Assembly: GCA_030390025.1 (NCBI GenBank)
Contig: CM059431.1
Location: forward strand, 119,848,001 to 119,912,000
From: Squalus acanthias
Lineage: Eukaryota
Length of the DNA stretch: 64,000 bases
Direction: 5' to 3'
Positions within the stretch are counted from its first letter, which is position 1, and the number at the start of each line of letters is the position of its first letter. Shown here piece after piece: positions 48,146 through 60,988 of this stretch. A program made the position numbers and the translations under genes. The notes beneath the pieces were generated by a model. The model was not told the DNA's origin and ran no database searches. It worked only from the letters and a program-made list of their open reading frames with translations.

Positions 48146-51100
48146 GGGCTCGATTTTGCCAGGCCCGAGGAGGCGGGTTTGGAGGCGTGTGAGTTGTTAA
48201 AATCGCCAAAAATGGCAGGCGGGCCCGATCCCACCACCATCCCGCCTCCGAGCAATTTTCCCAAATGCGTGTTTTCTGATCCACTTTCCATCCCGCCTCC
48301 AAGAGGTGGGATAGGCCCTTAAGGCCCTTAACAACCACTTAATTGCTGCTATAATCCCATTTTGAGAGGCCTTTCTGATTTTTATACATTCCCCCCATCC
48401 TACATGCCTCCTCTGGAACGCGCCAGGTAATGCTGCCGGCCTCACAAGTGGATTGCTTACTCACAGCTGCAGATCCACCATTACAAAGGAGTTTTCACCA
48501 ATTATCATTTGCACGTGGCAGAACTTTGTTGTCTCAGGTCTGGGGGAACTTTTAGTAGGCCTACTCAGTGTTGTGGAAGTTTGGAGCTTGACACCCATCT
48601 CCAGTGTGACCTCCTGGGAAATCCCTCTCCCCACCTTGACTGAGCGCTTCCTCAACTGAGGCATATACCAGAAGTATGGCGACCATTTAATTCCTTTCCT
48701 CCTGGACATCAGATTCGGACGCAGACCAGCCGTGGCAGCAGCAGAACCATGAGTAACAGCAGCACCAACAGCAGGAGCATCAACAGGAGCGCCAAGCTGC
48801 TAGTCACCCACCTGAAGATGCACAGGCCAGAAGACGCCAGCGTGCGACAACATTGCTGCCCGAGATGCAAGGGACACACTCATCCTGGCCAGATTAGCCT
48901 GCACAATCAAACACTTTAGTCTCGCTCCTTCTTACCAGAGCATCGACAATGGACAAGAACCTGCGGAATCCTATCACTTTGCCCACCATTCTGACAATCG
49001 CAAGGCGCCCGAAGCCCTCAATGTGAAAGTCCCATTTGCGAAATGACAGAGGTCACAACTTCAACAGTTTGCCATCAAAACACTTTATAATACAATCACA
49101 ATGATGGCTGGTCCAAAAACAAAACAACACAGCACCCAAGTGACTACCCTTGTGACTACATGTGCTTTATCTTCCTCTTATGCATGCTCCTACGTGGTGC
49201 TTCCCCTGTGGCTTCAGCAGATGTGGAGGCCCCTTGCTCACTTTCTTGCTGCTCCTGTCTCGACGTCTTTGGCGGGCGTCCTCTGAGGTGGCGAACCTGT
49301 GCAGTCTCGCCAACAGTCTGCTGCTCCTGTGGCTGTGCAGGGGCTGAGACGCCCATCTCAGTTGGGTGAGGACTCTGGTGGGTCTCTGACCAAGGGCTTT
49401 GCTGTGGCATAGTCATGTGAGCGCTTGGAGAGGAGCCCACACTTCCTTGTTGTCTGCCACCAACATCCCTCTCATGGGTCAGCCCAACTTCAGAGCTAGC
49501 AAGTGGCTTGACAGCACCTTGCTGCACTGCAGGGGGACCATGAGGACCCGTTTCTGCACTGGAAGTCCTACTCCAGAGGACTTGCATGAAGGTCTGGTTT
49601 GTATGCTCAATAGCTGACCATCGCTCCTCAAGAGATGTCATTCTATTCTGAACAATGACCATGTTTTCATTCCCTGGCGACTAAGCTCCTCCATGGACGT
49701 AGCCATCCTCTCCTCTACCATAGCCATCCTCTCCTCTACGGTAGCCAGCCTTACCATGGAGGTAGCCATCCTTTCCACGTAGGTTGCCATCCTTTTCGCG
49801 GTGATGCGTTCATGCAACAATGCCTCCACAAAGGCTCTGCTCATGTTCGCGATGGACTCCTCCATTTGCTCCACACTCGCAGCGACCCTGGAGACAAAAC
49901 CTGCCAGAGACTCCTGCACCTGTTCCTGGAGTTCCAGCACCACTCTCCTTCTGGATGGACCCGGAGGCACAGGGTCGACATGCAGCTGAGCCGAGCTGGC
50001 AGAGTCCTGCGCCCTCCGACGAGGACTCTCCACTGCTGTCCCTGTCTCCACCATCTGCTGATGCTCACTTGTGAGCTGTGATACACCAGGTGCCAACACT
50101 ACTCTATCTCATGAAAGTCCCACCGAGGTGTGAGTGTCTGCGCTGGTGCTGGGTGCACTGAATTCTGCTGACGCTGCGCCCTCAGAGGTTGCAGCTTCCT
50201 CTGAGGAGTCTGGAGGCTCAGGCTGTTCCTCCTGGATAGTGGGGTTAGGGGGCTTTTGATGGTCCTGTGGGGGAGTTAAGAAAAGAGTTAGAGATGTGAG
50301 GCCAAGGTTACATGCATATTGAATATTGCAGATGATCATAAGTCAATCGGTTAGAGCATCAGAATCATTATCAGTGACTCATGCTATGTCAATTAGAGAG
50401 ATTCCAAACTATTCTGTCACCAGCTTGCTGTGATGCGCCCGTCTGTCCGTCCCCCACTTGGGTATCCTCCTGGATCCCAGCAATTTCCAGGGCCACCTCC
50501 TCCCAGCGGGTGAGCTGGGCTACTGAGGGTGGCCCTCCTCCTGTCATGGCTCTTTACCTCTTATTGTGGGCTCTCTTTTCCTGCAATGAGGGACACAAGT
50601 GGAGTTTGAATGAGAATGTAGGAGTGAGTGTAGATAATCCATAGCATAGATGCTTAGAAGGATACAAAGGACCCTCCCTGTGTGTTGAAAGTTGTTGTTG
50701 TCATGGCATCACAGTGATAGGGAGTGTGAGGGCTGCATGGTCGAATAGTTAAGTGAATGTGACCATAGAGAGAGAGGGAATGGGTGAGGGTGCAGGGATG
50801 TAAGTGTCAAGTGACATGTGGAGGAAGAGGATGGCAAAGCAGAGTGCTGGTGAAGAGAGGCGATGGGGATCAGATTGAGGGTGATGGGAAAGTCATACTT
50901 ACTTTTCCTGTGCAGAGAAGGTCATGAAACCTCTTCCTGCATTGCAGCCAGGTTCTGCGGCTCATCAAGATGGAGTTGACATCCTGGGCCACTTGTAGCC
51001 ACACAGCTTTTGTCTGCTGGGGTGGTTTTTTTCTCCGTGAGGAAGGGAACAGCACCTCCTTATTACAGCTGGCTCCGTGCACCAGAGCTTGGAGGGAGGG

Positions 51101-51422
51101 CTCATCAAACTGAGGAACACACTTTTGCTTGATCGTTGACATTTTCCACAATTCAACTCCTTCATATAAAATGCAGAGCCTTTGCAGTCTCCAGAAGAAT
51201 CAAGGCTGCTTGCAGGCCTTAAATCCAACAACATTGATGACGTCATCGGAGCCGACTTTCTGTATGAAAAGACTCATTGGGCCAGGTGTTCCCACACTCA
51301 GGAAATCAATTGCCCAATTAGGGGAAAATCCCACTTTTTCAACACATCACTTAGGAGTCGGGGTCCTGACACGATTTCCACCTGACACGCCCCAGCCCGC
51401 CCACGCTGACAAAATCCAGCCC
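48146..51422. mobile_element. Harbinger deletion derivative of the 23763 family (transposase core deleted, Myb gene degenerate)
   Basis: TIRs GGGCTCGATTTTG/CAAAATCCAGCCC, colinear with 23763-28335 except for a deletion of about 1 kb at about 48843. Flanks ATT/AAA do not form a clean TSD. Confidence 0.9.
49156..51142 (-). pseudogene. Harbinger Myb/SANT gene, disrupted copy
   Basis: Same three-exon layout as 25843-28053, with a stop at about 50109 and a frameshift near 49670. Confidence 0.8.
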
Positions 51423-51747
51423 AAAGGTTCTATAGGAACTTATCAGGCCAAAGTATTGACCTTTGTAGATAATTACAAGCTGTTCTACATAGTGAGCCAA
51501 TTATTATGATAGACAAGCGAATATAGTAATAATAAAGGCAGCCACCTTCTGTGCTATTTGCTTGTCCTAATTACCTGTTAAGAAATTTTGGGCTATCAGT
51601 TAATCCATCATATTAGTCAATAGAGCAGATCACAATAGAACCAATTTTCCTCCCCTCTCCCACCTGAGCATAAGTCAGGTGCCGCACACCTGATCTGACC
51701 TGAACCTATATTTCTGGGTTCAATTCAGTACCCAACACTGTCATGGT

Positions 51748-52063
51748 ATAGAAACATAGAAACATAGAAACATAGAAACTAGAAGCAGGAGTAGGCCATT
51801 CGGCCCGTCGAGCCTGCTCCACCATTCAATATGATCATGGCTGATCATCCAAATCCAGTACACTGTCCCTGCTTTCTCACACAGAATCCCCATCGAGCCT
51901 GCACCGACACATATCCCACCCTATCCCCGTAACCCCACGTATTTAATTCCCCCTAACATATCCCTTCCTATCCTATCCCCGTAACCCCACATATTTAATC
52001 CCCCCCTAACACTAAGGGTCAATTTATCATAGCCAAATCAACCTAACCCGCACATTTTTGGAC
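51748..52063 (-). repeat. 5'-truncated HE1/V-SINE-like SINE
   Basis: Homologous to 27424-27694, with a (TTTCTATG)n tail and an internal tandem duplication of about 45 bp. Confidence 0.85.
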
Positions 52064-53848
52064 TCACCTCGAGGAAGGGATTTGTGCCTGGAAGTGCGGG
52101 AGGAAAGCCAATTGCTGCTGTAGGTCAGCAGTGGAAATTAGCACTGGCTTAGGGGCTGTCAGGCTGCTGTCCAATAGTAGCAGCCAGAAGGCCTCCTAAG
52201 TCTGCCCTGATGGGAGGAGAAAAAAAGTACTTTCTGGCTAGCCACTTATTCGCACCTAGGCCCTGTTCAGATCAGAGGATCTGAGCAGGGTTTGGCACAT
52301 TCCCGTTAGCAGAAGATGCTCCATGTTTGGGCCACCATCAGGTAGTGACATCACTTCTGCCTCACTTCCTTACTATTTGAAAACGTGCACCTGTTGGCGC
52401 AAACAGTTCCCCTCCACCACCTCAGAAGTCCCTGTGCAATGCAAAGGGGCAGAGATCTGGCACCATGCTCTCTGCCCCTTTTTTTGTTTTGCAATGCACT
52501 CTGTGTGTACAGCAGAGGAAAATCAGTCCTAATATCTGTTCTCCCATGGTTATCAAGCATTGAATGAAACAAAGTGCATTACACAATTATGGTGTTAACA
52601 ATTTGATCCAGGGAGCAATTAATGGCACAGATTTAGAATGGCAAACATTTCTCAGTTAATGAGTCCAATTTTTACAATGGAAAAGGATGGCTGTTAATGT
52701 GCTGGATCCCATCCATGACAATTCAGATAATGTTTATTTCAACCCAATCTTGCTAAGACCCCTTTACTCTGTGCATAGGATGCTTTGAAGCACATCTCTT
52801 TGCATTGACTGAGGCACTTGGTATGAGGAATTCTGACTGATCTCTCAATACTTCCTAATCCACCAATCTCTGGTGCAGTCAGGTAAAATGACCATATTCA
52901 CCATCATGAGAATGCTATCTACTTGGTACCTTGATGATCTACTTTACAAGACTATCCTCAGAAAGTCTGCCAGGTTTCTGTGCAATTTACACAACACAGC
53001 CAGTGTGTAAACATCTAGTAGGATCCTAGTAAACAGTACAGATGTTGCTTTATGCAAGTATTAATGAGAAGATACTGGGCTAAATGACCAAGTAGAGGTA
53101 TTCACTACCACAGAAAGAGCAAGTGAACATTGGACAAAGTTAATCTAACAGTTCTCATGTGAGTGAACCCATGACGCTATTGTTCGCCTTAAATTAGTCT
53201 AGTTTTAATATTCCTGTGGTTTGCCATGTTTGCAAGGAAAGCAGTCAAAACCAAGGATTCTAGAAATGGAAGAAGTACAATATATTAGGTTTATATTTTA
53301 AGTGACAGAATAAATTTAAAATGTCTCTGGGGCATACCGTCAAGTTACCGATAATCATCTGCAGAAACAAGTCACTAGTTCCAAGCTGCTATGAACTTTA
53401 ATGTGATGTTAAGTGCGCTCAATGAAAATCAAGCTCTAACTTTCATTCTATGCCACAATAATAGGACATCTCAGGTCAAAGTATATACAGTAATATTTTT
53501 CTCTCTTGGACTGAAGCAAACAACTGGAGCATTAACATTAGTTGGATGTTGAGTTTAATGGCGAAGAAGCCAAATTAAAGAAAAAAAATTTCTAAGACAC
53601 AACACACAGACTAAATTGGCCTCAAGCCATGGAATACGGCAATCAATTAAATCAAGAAGGGATACAAGGTATGGAAAGCACTCACAGAGGTGATATATCA
53701 ACTCATGAAAAGGTTCCAATCCTGACCACCAAAGGTCACAAGTGATTAGAAAACATGAACACCGTAGGAATAGTGGAACACAGTGCAACGTAGTGCAAGT
53801 AGAGAAATAAGCACAATAGTTCAATTGTTCTATTATTTAAGTCTTAAT

Positions 53849-53970
53849 TATGGGGAGAAGGCAGGTACAGGGTACTGAGTTTGGATGATCAGCCATGATC
53901 TCATCGAATGGCGGAGCAGGCTCGAGGGGCCGAATGGCCTACTCCTGCTCCTATCTTCTATGTTTCTATG
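53849..53970 (+). mobile_element. CR1 extreme 3' end
   Basis: Matches 7257-7386 including the tail. Flanked by a repeated TAAGTCTTAAT (probable TSD). Confidence 0.85.
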
Positions 53971-55810
53971 TAAGTCTTAATTAGCAAAGATGTCATGAAG
54001 AAGAAATTAAGGGCCATAATTTCTTACAGTAGAAAAAGGGTGATTTTAAACATAAAATATGACTGAAGACAAATAAAGGATTACAACATTAAGAATATGC
54101 TCGTAAACCTTGCAGAACTTTTTGATACATCAGCCAATCTTAGTTGAAACTAAGGTGCCATGGAAGTAGGAATATCCTTAAAGTCTGTTTAGATATGGAT
54201 TAGGAAGACTTGGCCATGTTCTGTAATGAAATCTGAAAAGTGTCTGAAGTATACCTTTTAAAAGTGTCATAAAATGGCTGGCCAGATAATTATTACTGAA
54301 CTCTGAGAGTAACCTCATCTTGAAGGTTCAGGATGTTCCAAATAAGTGTTAACATGTGATCAGATTGTAGACTGTTTTAAAAGCATGGATCTGAGTGTGA
54401 CTGTTGACTGGACATATCATCTGGCCATAAATTTGGCCTGCCCAGCATGGACATCTCTTTGAGTTACTTAAATCTAATTTGGGCTGCTTCATAGAGAAAT
54501 ACAAATCAAACCTGGAAAATCTCCATGGTACTGTTTATTTCCAGCCTGGGCAATTCAGGAAGTTCTTTAAAACTTGACAATCCTGATAGAGTCATAGAGC
54601 AGAGCAAAGCCATTACAGGTAACATCCTAGAGCCCAAAAATTCCTTATTTTGAGGGGTATAATACTGTTGAATTTTAGGAATTATCCAGTTAGACCTTTC
54701 CATCCTTTTCTTTGCGTTGCTCACTTCTGCTGATAGTAGGGATGGGAAATATTTAATTTGCCGCCTTCTGTGTAGATGTCACAGAAAGAGATATCACTCG
54801 TGGGATGGCATCATCTGCCAGAAGTTCCATAGGTTCCACCTCCCTTGCCCCAACGCTGTGGCACACTAGTATGTCAGGTCCTGACTCTGGCTGAAGTGGG
54901 GTCCACTATTATTTCAAGTTTTAAATTTTGAGGCATGGGACATTTTTCTTACCATCCCTGGCTGGAAAAGCCACTGGGATATCCCTCCTCCCTTGCTGAG
55001 GGGGGCACCACAATAGCACCGAAAATGTCATTGGTTTTCATCCAAAATATGCGAATACTCGTGACTCCAGAATTTTAGATGGGGTCAGAAGCACATGCAT
55101 GGACTAGGCGGAAGATCTGTCCAGCACAAGATCTGTTTCTAGGAGGCTACTATCAAAATATTAGGACTATATTTGATATAGTTTGGGCTACTTTTATTCT
55201 TCTCCAACCTACACTAATGGATGGAATTATTGCAATCAATGGGGTAGAATTTTGGAACTATCAGAATCCCTGTTTAAAGCTGCCAATCCCTCCATCCAAG
55301 AGACAAGGGTCTATCCACTTGGAAGGAAGTTATAATTTTACGAGGAAAGTATGAATCAAAGCATTTCGATTTTTGTTTGCTGATGGCTTGTATATCAGTC
55401 AGCGGTATCTATCACCAATATTTACTAAATACTCTGAGGGTACAGTAAGTCAAAGTATTTCTGTTTGCACTCATAAGATTTAAAGTTAAGTTTAGTAACG
55501 GAATGTAAATATGATCAGAATATTTAAAAACCAGTGCATGTTTGTAAACTGTGATCAGAGCATATTTTAGCATTTAACTTCCCACCACCCAGTTAAATAT
55601 CTGATTAAAAGGTAATAACCAATGTTTTATTCTTATTAGAAATGTTAGAAAAATTTCACAAATATAAAGACCCAACACAAACTGATTTGATTCACACATT
55701 ACATAAAAAAGCCTTCCCCTGAAGGCCAAGGAAATTGATTTTAAATGGCCAAGTAATAAAATGGTGAGAATGAATATTGATCATTGCTGAGATTTGTTCT
55801 CACTGAATTA

Positions 55811-58800
55811 TTTTTTTTATTCGTTAATGGGAGTGGGCACCGCTGGCAAGGCCAGCATTTATTGCCCATCCCTAATTGCCCTTGAGAAGGTGGTGGTGAG
55901 CCGTCTTCTTGAACCGCTACAGTCCGTGTGGTGAAGGTACTCCCACAGTGCTGTTAGGGAGGGAGTTTCAGGATTTTGACTCAGCGACGATGAAGGATCG
56001 GCGATATATTTCCAAGTCAGGATGGAGTGTGACTTGGACGGGAACTTGGAGGTGGTGGTGCTCCCATGCACCTGCTGCCCTTGTCCTTCTAGGTGGTAGA
56101 GGTCGTGGGTTTGGGAGGTGCTGCCGAAGAAGCCTTGGCGAGTTGCTGCAGTGCATCTTGTAGATGGTACACTCTGCAGCCACGGTATGCCGGTGGTGGA
56201 GGGAGTGAATGTTTAAGGTGGTGGATGGGGTGCCAATCAAATGGTTTGCTTTGTCCTGGATGGTGTCGAGCTTCTTGAGTGTTGTTGGAGCTACACTCAT
56301 CCAGGCAAGTGGAGAGTATTCCATCACACTCCTGACTTGTGCCTTGTAGATGGTGGAAAGGCTTTGGGGAGTCAGGAGGTGAGACACTCGACGCAGAATA
56401 CCTCGCCTCTGACCTGCTCTTGTTGCCACAGTATTTATGTGGCTGGTGCAGTTAAGTTTCTGGTCAATGGTAACCCCCAGGATGTTGATGGTGGGGGATT
56501 CGGCGATGGTAATGCCGTTGAATGTCTAAAGGTGGTGGTTAGACTCTCGCTTGTTGGAGATAGTCATTACCTGGCCCTCTTATGGCGTGAATGTTATCTG
56601 CCACTTATCAGCCCAAGCCTGAATGTCGTCCACGGTCTTGGTGCATGCGGGCATGGACTGCTTCATTATCTGAGGAGTTGTAAATGGCGCTGAACACTGT
56701 GCAGTCATCAACGAACATCCCCATTTCTGACCTTATGTTGGATGGAAGTTCATTGATGAAGCAGCTGAAGATGGTTGGGCCTAGGACACTGCCCTGTGGA
56801 ACTCCTGCAGCGATGACCTGGGGCTGTGATGATTGACATTCAACCACCATAACCATCTACCTTTGTGCTAGGTATGACTCCAGCCAGTGGAGAGTTTTCC
56901 CCCGATTCCCATTGACTTCAGTTTTACTAGGGCTCCTTGATGTCACACTTGGTCAACTGCTGCCTTGATGTCAAGGGCAGTCACTCTCACCTCACCTCTG
57001 GAATTCAGCTCCTTTGTCCGTGTTAGCACCAAGGCTGTAATGAGGTCGGGAGCCAAGTATTCTTGGCGGAACCCAAACTGGGCATCAGTGAGCAGGAGCC
57101 GCTTGATAGCACTGTCGATGACACCTTCCATCACTTTGCTGATGATTGAGAGTAGACTGATGGGGTGGTAATTGGCCGGATTGGATTTGTCCTGCTTTTT
57201 GTGGACAGGACATAGCTGGGCAGTTTTCCACATTGTCGGATAGATGCCAGTGTTGTAGCTGTACTGGAACAGCTTGGCTAGAGGCGCAGCTAGTTCTGGA
57301 GCACAAGTGTTCAGCACAATAACTGGGATGTTGTCGAGGCCCATATCAAATGTGCTCAGCTGTTTCTTGATATCCGGTGGAGTGAATCGAATTGGCTGAA
57401 GACTGGCTTCTGTGATGGTGGGGACCTCAGCAGTAGGCCAATATGGATCATCCACTCAGCACTTCTGGCTGAAGATGGTTGCAAACACTTCAGCCTTGTC
57501 TTTTGCACTCACGTGTTGGGCTCCACCATCATTGAGGATGGGGATATTCATGGAGCCTCCACCTCCCGTTAGTTGTTTAATGATCCACCACCATTCACGA
57601 CTGGATGTGGCAGGACTGCAGAGCTTTGATCTGATCCGTTGATTGTGGGCTCACTTAGCCCTGTTATAGCTTGCTGCTTCTGCTTTATAGCATGCATGTA
57701 GTCCTGTGTTGCAGCTTCCCCAGGTTGGCACCTCATTTTTAGGTATGCCTGGTGCTGCTCCTGGCATGCTCTTCTACACTCCTTATTGAACCAGGGTTGG
57801 TCCCCTGGCTTGATGGTAATGGTAGAGTGAGGATATGCCGGGCCATGAGGTTACAGATTGTGGTGGAATACAATTCTGCTGCTGCTGATGGCCCACAGCA
57901 CCTCATGGATGCCCAGTTTTGAGCTGCTAAATCTGTTCTGAATCTATCCCATTTAGCACGGTGGTAGTGCCACACAACACGATGGAGGGTGTCGACGAGA
58001 CTTCGTCTCCACAATGACTGTGCAGTGGTTACTGCTACCAATACTTTCATGGACAGATGCATCTGCAACAGGTAGATTGTTGAGGACGAGGTCAAGTAGG
58101 TTTTTCCCTCATGTTGGTTCTCTCTTCACCTGCTTCAAGCCCAGACTGGCAGCTATGTCCTTAAGGACTCAGCCAGTAGTGGTGCTACCGAGCCACTCTT
58201 TGTGATGGACATTGAAGTCCCCCTCCCAGAGTACATTCTGTGCGCTTGCTACTCTCACAGTGTTTCTTCCAAGTGGTGTTCAACATGGAGGAGTACTGAT
58301 TCATCAGCTGAGGGAGGGCAGTAGGTGGTAATCAGCAGAAGGTTTCCTTGGCCCCATGCTTGGCCCGAAACTTCATGGGGTCCGGAGTCAATGTTGAGGA
58401 CTCCCAGGGCCACTCTTTCCCAACTGTATACCAGCACCGGCAAGACATGCCCAGGGATGGTAATGGAGGATTTTGGGACATTAGCTGAAAGGTATGATTC
58501 TGTGAGTGTGACTATGTCAGGCTGTTGCTTGACTAGTCTGTGGGACAGCTCTCCCAATATTGGCACAAGTCCCCAGATGTTGGTGGAGGAGGACTTTGCA
58601 GGGTCGACTGAGCTGGGTGCACCTTTGCCGTGTCCGTAGCCAGTGCTGAGGTTGATGCTGGGTGGTCCGTCCGGTTTCATTATTATTATTGTGTTTCATA
58701 GCGGATTGTTACAACTGAGTGGCTTGCTAGGCCATTTCAGAGGGCACTTAAGAGTCAACCACATTGCTGTGGGTCTGGAGTCACATATAGGCCAGACAAG

Positions 58801-59037
58801 GTAAGGACAGCAGATTTCCTTCCCTAAAGGACGTTAGTGAACCAGATGGATTTTTACGACAATCCGATAGTTTCATGGTTACCATTACTGATATTAGCTT
58901 TTTATTCCAGATTTTTTACTTAACTGAATTTAAATTCCCCAGCTGCCGTGGTGGGATTTGAACTCACGTCTCTGGATCATTAGTCCATGCCTACTAGATT
59001 ACTAACCCAGTGACATTACCACTATGCTACCGTTCCC
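55811..59037 (-). mobile_element. Degenerate single-ORF LINE (CR1/L2-group, APE endonuclease and RT) with a tRNA-like 5' head
   Basis: EN motif NIWGL...QPDIVTLTESYL. RT motifs PANYHPISLLSIISKVME, QFGFR, LDIKAA, GVPQGSVLGP and FVDD. A-rich 3' end. Confidence 0.85.
58954..59029 (-). promoter_or_regulatory. Putative Pol III type-2 internal promoter (A and B boxes)
   Basis: A-box-like TAGCATAGTGG (59029-59019) and B-box-like GAGTTCAAATCC (58965-58954). Confidence 0.6.
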
Positions 59038-60231
59038 ATGATATCAACCACAACATTTAATAATGCATCAAAATGATTTGAGAGCCTTCATTTAAAAAAA
59101 ATCTATGGCAGGACTGCATTGGATCAGATTCACATTTCAATTATGCTTTCTGGAAAGTGAACATTTATCACGCAATATTTTCATTAAATATAGGAATCTA
59201 CATATGTCTGAAATTTTGAAACAGCCATTGTAGAGCAGAAAAATAGCATTCTTAAGCACAAGTCATCGTCGAGCTCTGCCTGGAGATTTCTGTGACTATT
59301 ATTATGCACGAGGGATGACTAACAATAGAAAAGGAATTGTGCAGTATCTCAAGCGTATGTTTATTGTAAAAGTCTCCCACTCTGCTGTTTTGGAGTAAAA
59401 GGAATCCATCTGTAACATAACAGATGTCTGAACCAATTATCAAATATTAAAAACTTTAATGGTACAGCATGCAGTTGACAGAATTAATGCATGAATCTTT
59501 TACACTTTTAGTATTGCCAGAAGTGATGCATTGAAGAAACAGCTGAAGTATGAAAAGATGAAAAGATTATCCAATAAACTGGACCCATGCCAGAAAGGAA
59601 CCAAGTCATAAATAATTGCTGCAACAGAATGTCTACAGAAGGTGGAACTGCAGGGGGACTATCAACATATACCCAACTCCTCAGCTGCTGATAGCTATGA
59701 ATGCATAAAGTTCCAACTGAACGCAATGGCCATACAGTGCAGAATGGGCCCCTTTCTTTTTCATTCCTCCCTTGTTATCTATTTCCTTTCTTATTAAAGC
59801 TGTTGTAAACCAGAAAGGTTCAGTATGATAGATACTACTGGCAAATAATTCTGACTGGTGTGTCTGTTGAAAATACATGCACAACATTTATTAAATTGTA
59901 CAGTTAGGCCTGTAAATAGCCCATTTTCCAACTTTGGGCAGGACTCCGCTCATAGTGCGAGCCTCGCCATTAAAATTGGGTGAAATGGAGCTGAATCTGG
60001 GAGGCCTACTTACTCGGTCTTCTTAAAGGAAAAAGGCATGATCTTATCATCTTTTATTTTGTGTTTCAGGGGATCTTGGCTGAGTTTTGCTCCATGCATT
60101 AGTTGGTTTTGCTGGTTTGCCCTCCAGTTTTGCAATTGCTTTCTTGCTAGTACTTTAATTTATTATTTTTGTTTCTGTTGGCTTTGACTTTTTACCTTAC
60201 AAAGAGGTAAGGATGGATACTCCTTTGGAGG

Positions 60232-60382
60232 TTAGGCAGCATCTGTGGAGAGAAGAATGTAGGGTTAACCTGAAACATTAACTCTGTTTCTCTCTCCACA
60301 GATGCTGTCCGACCTGCTGAGTGTTTCCAGCATTTTCTGTTTTTATTTCCGACTTCCAGCATCAGCAGTATTTTGTTTTTTG
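60232..60382. repeat. Penelope pseudo-LTR remnant in inverted arrangement
   Basis: GCAGCATCTGTGGAGAGA...TCTCTCCACAGATGCTG inverted repeat. Shares ACCTGAAACxTTAACTCTGTTTCTCTCTCCACAGA with 19115-19149. Confidence 0.7.
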
Positions 60383-60988
60383 GATAATCCTTTATTTCTG
60401 TTGCAAATATGTTTCATAAGAGGAATGATGCATAAGAGTTTGTGAAGGGGCACAGATTCAGAGGAAATGACATCTCAATTGCTCTCGATACATCTGTCAC
60501 AATCCTGGAACCTGTACCTGGATATAACAGAGGAGTCCTTCCTTCATTGCTTTTACTTCAGCAAACAAGCAGACACAAAATTGTGTGATCTGCTGCACAA
60601 TGATCTAAGCACAGCATGTGGATCAGCCTCTTCTCGGAGAAGTTAAGGTTACCATAGTGTGAATGACATATCACATAGAATTTACAGAACATAAGTAGGC
60701 CTTTTAGCCCAACTGATCTATGCCGGTGATTAAAGTCCGCACAGGCCTCCTCCCACCTACTTCATCGAACCCTATCAGCATATTCTTCTATTCTTTTTTC
60801 CCTCATGTACTTATCTAGCTTCCCCTTAAGTAATCTATGCTATTCATCTCAACTACTCCATCTGGTAGCAAATTTGACATTCTAACCACTGGGTAAAGAA
60901 GTTTCTCCTGAATTCCTTATTGGAATTATTACTGACTATCTTATATTTACGATGCCTAGTTTTGGATTCTCCGACAAGTGAAAACACC

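Noticed and set aside
52700..53130. Possible very old Harbinger transposase trace
   Set aside because: Only faint motif resemblance; too degraded to support.
59512..59611. Possible terminal exon IARSDALKKQLKYEKMKRLSNKLDPCQKGTKS*
   Set aside because: Good acceptor, but only 32 codons and unrecognised. It would need RNA-seq or homology support.
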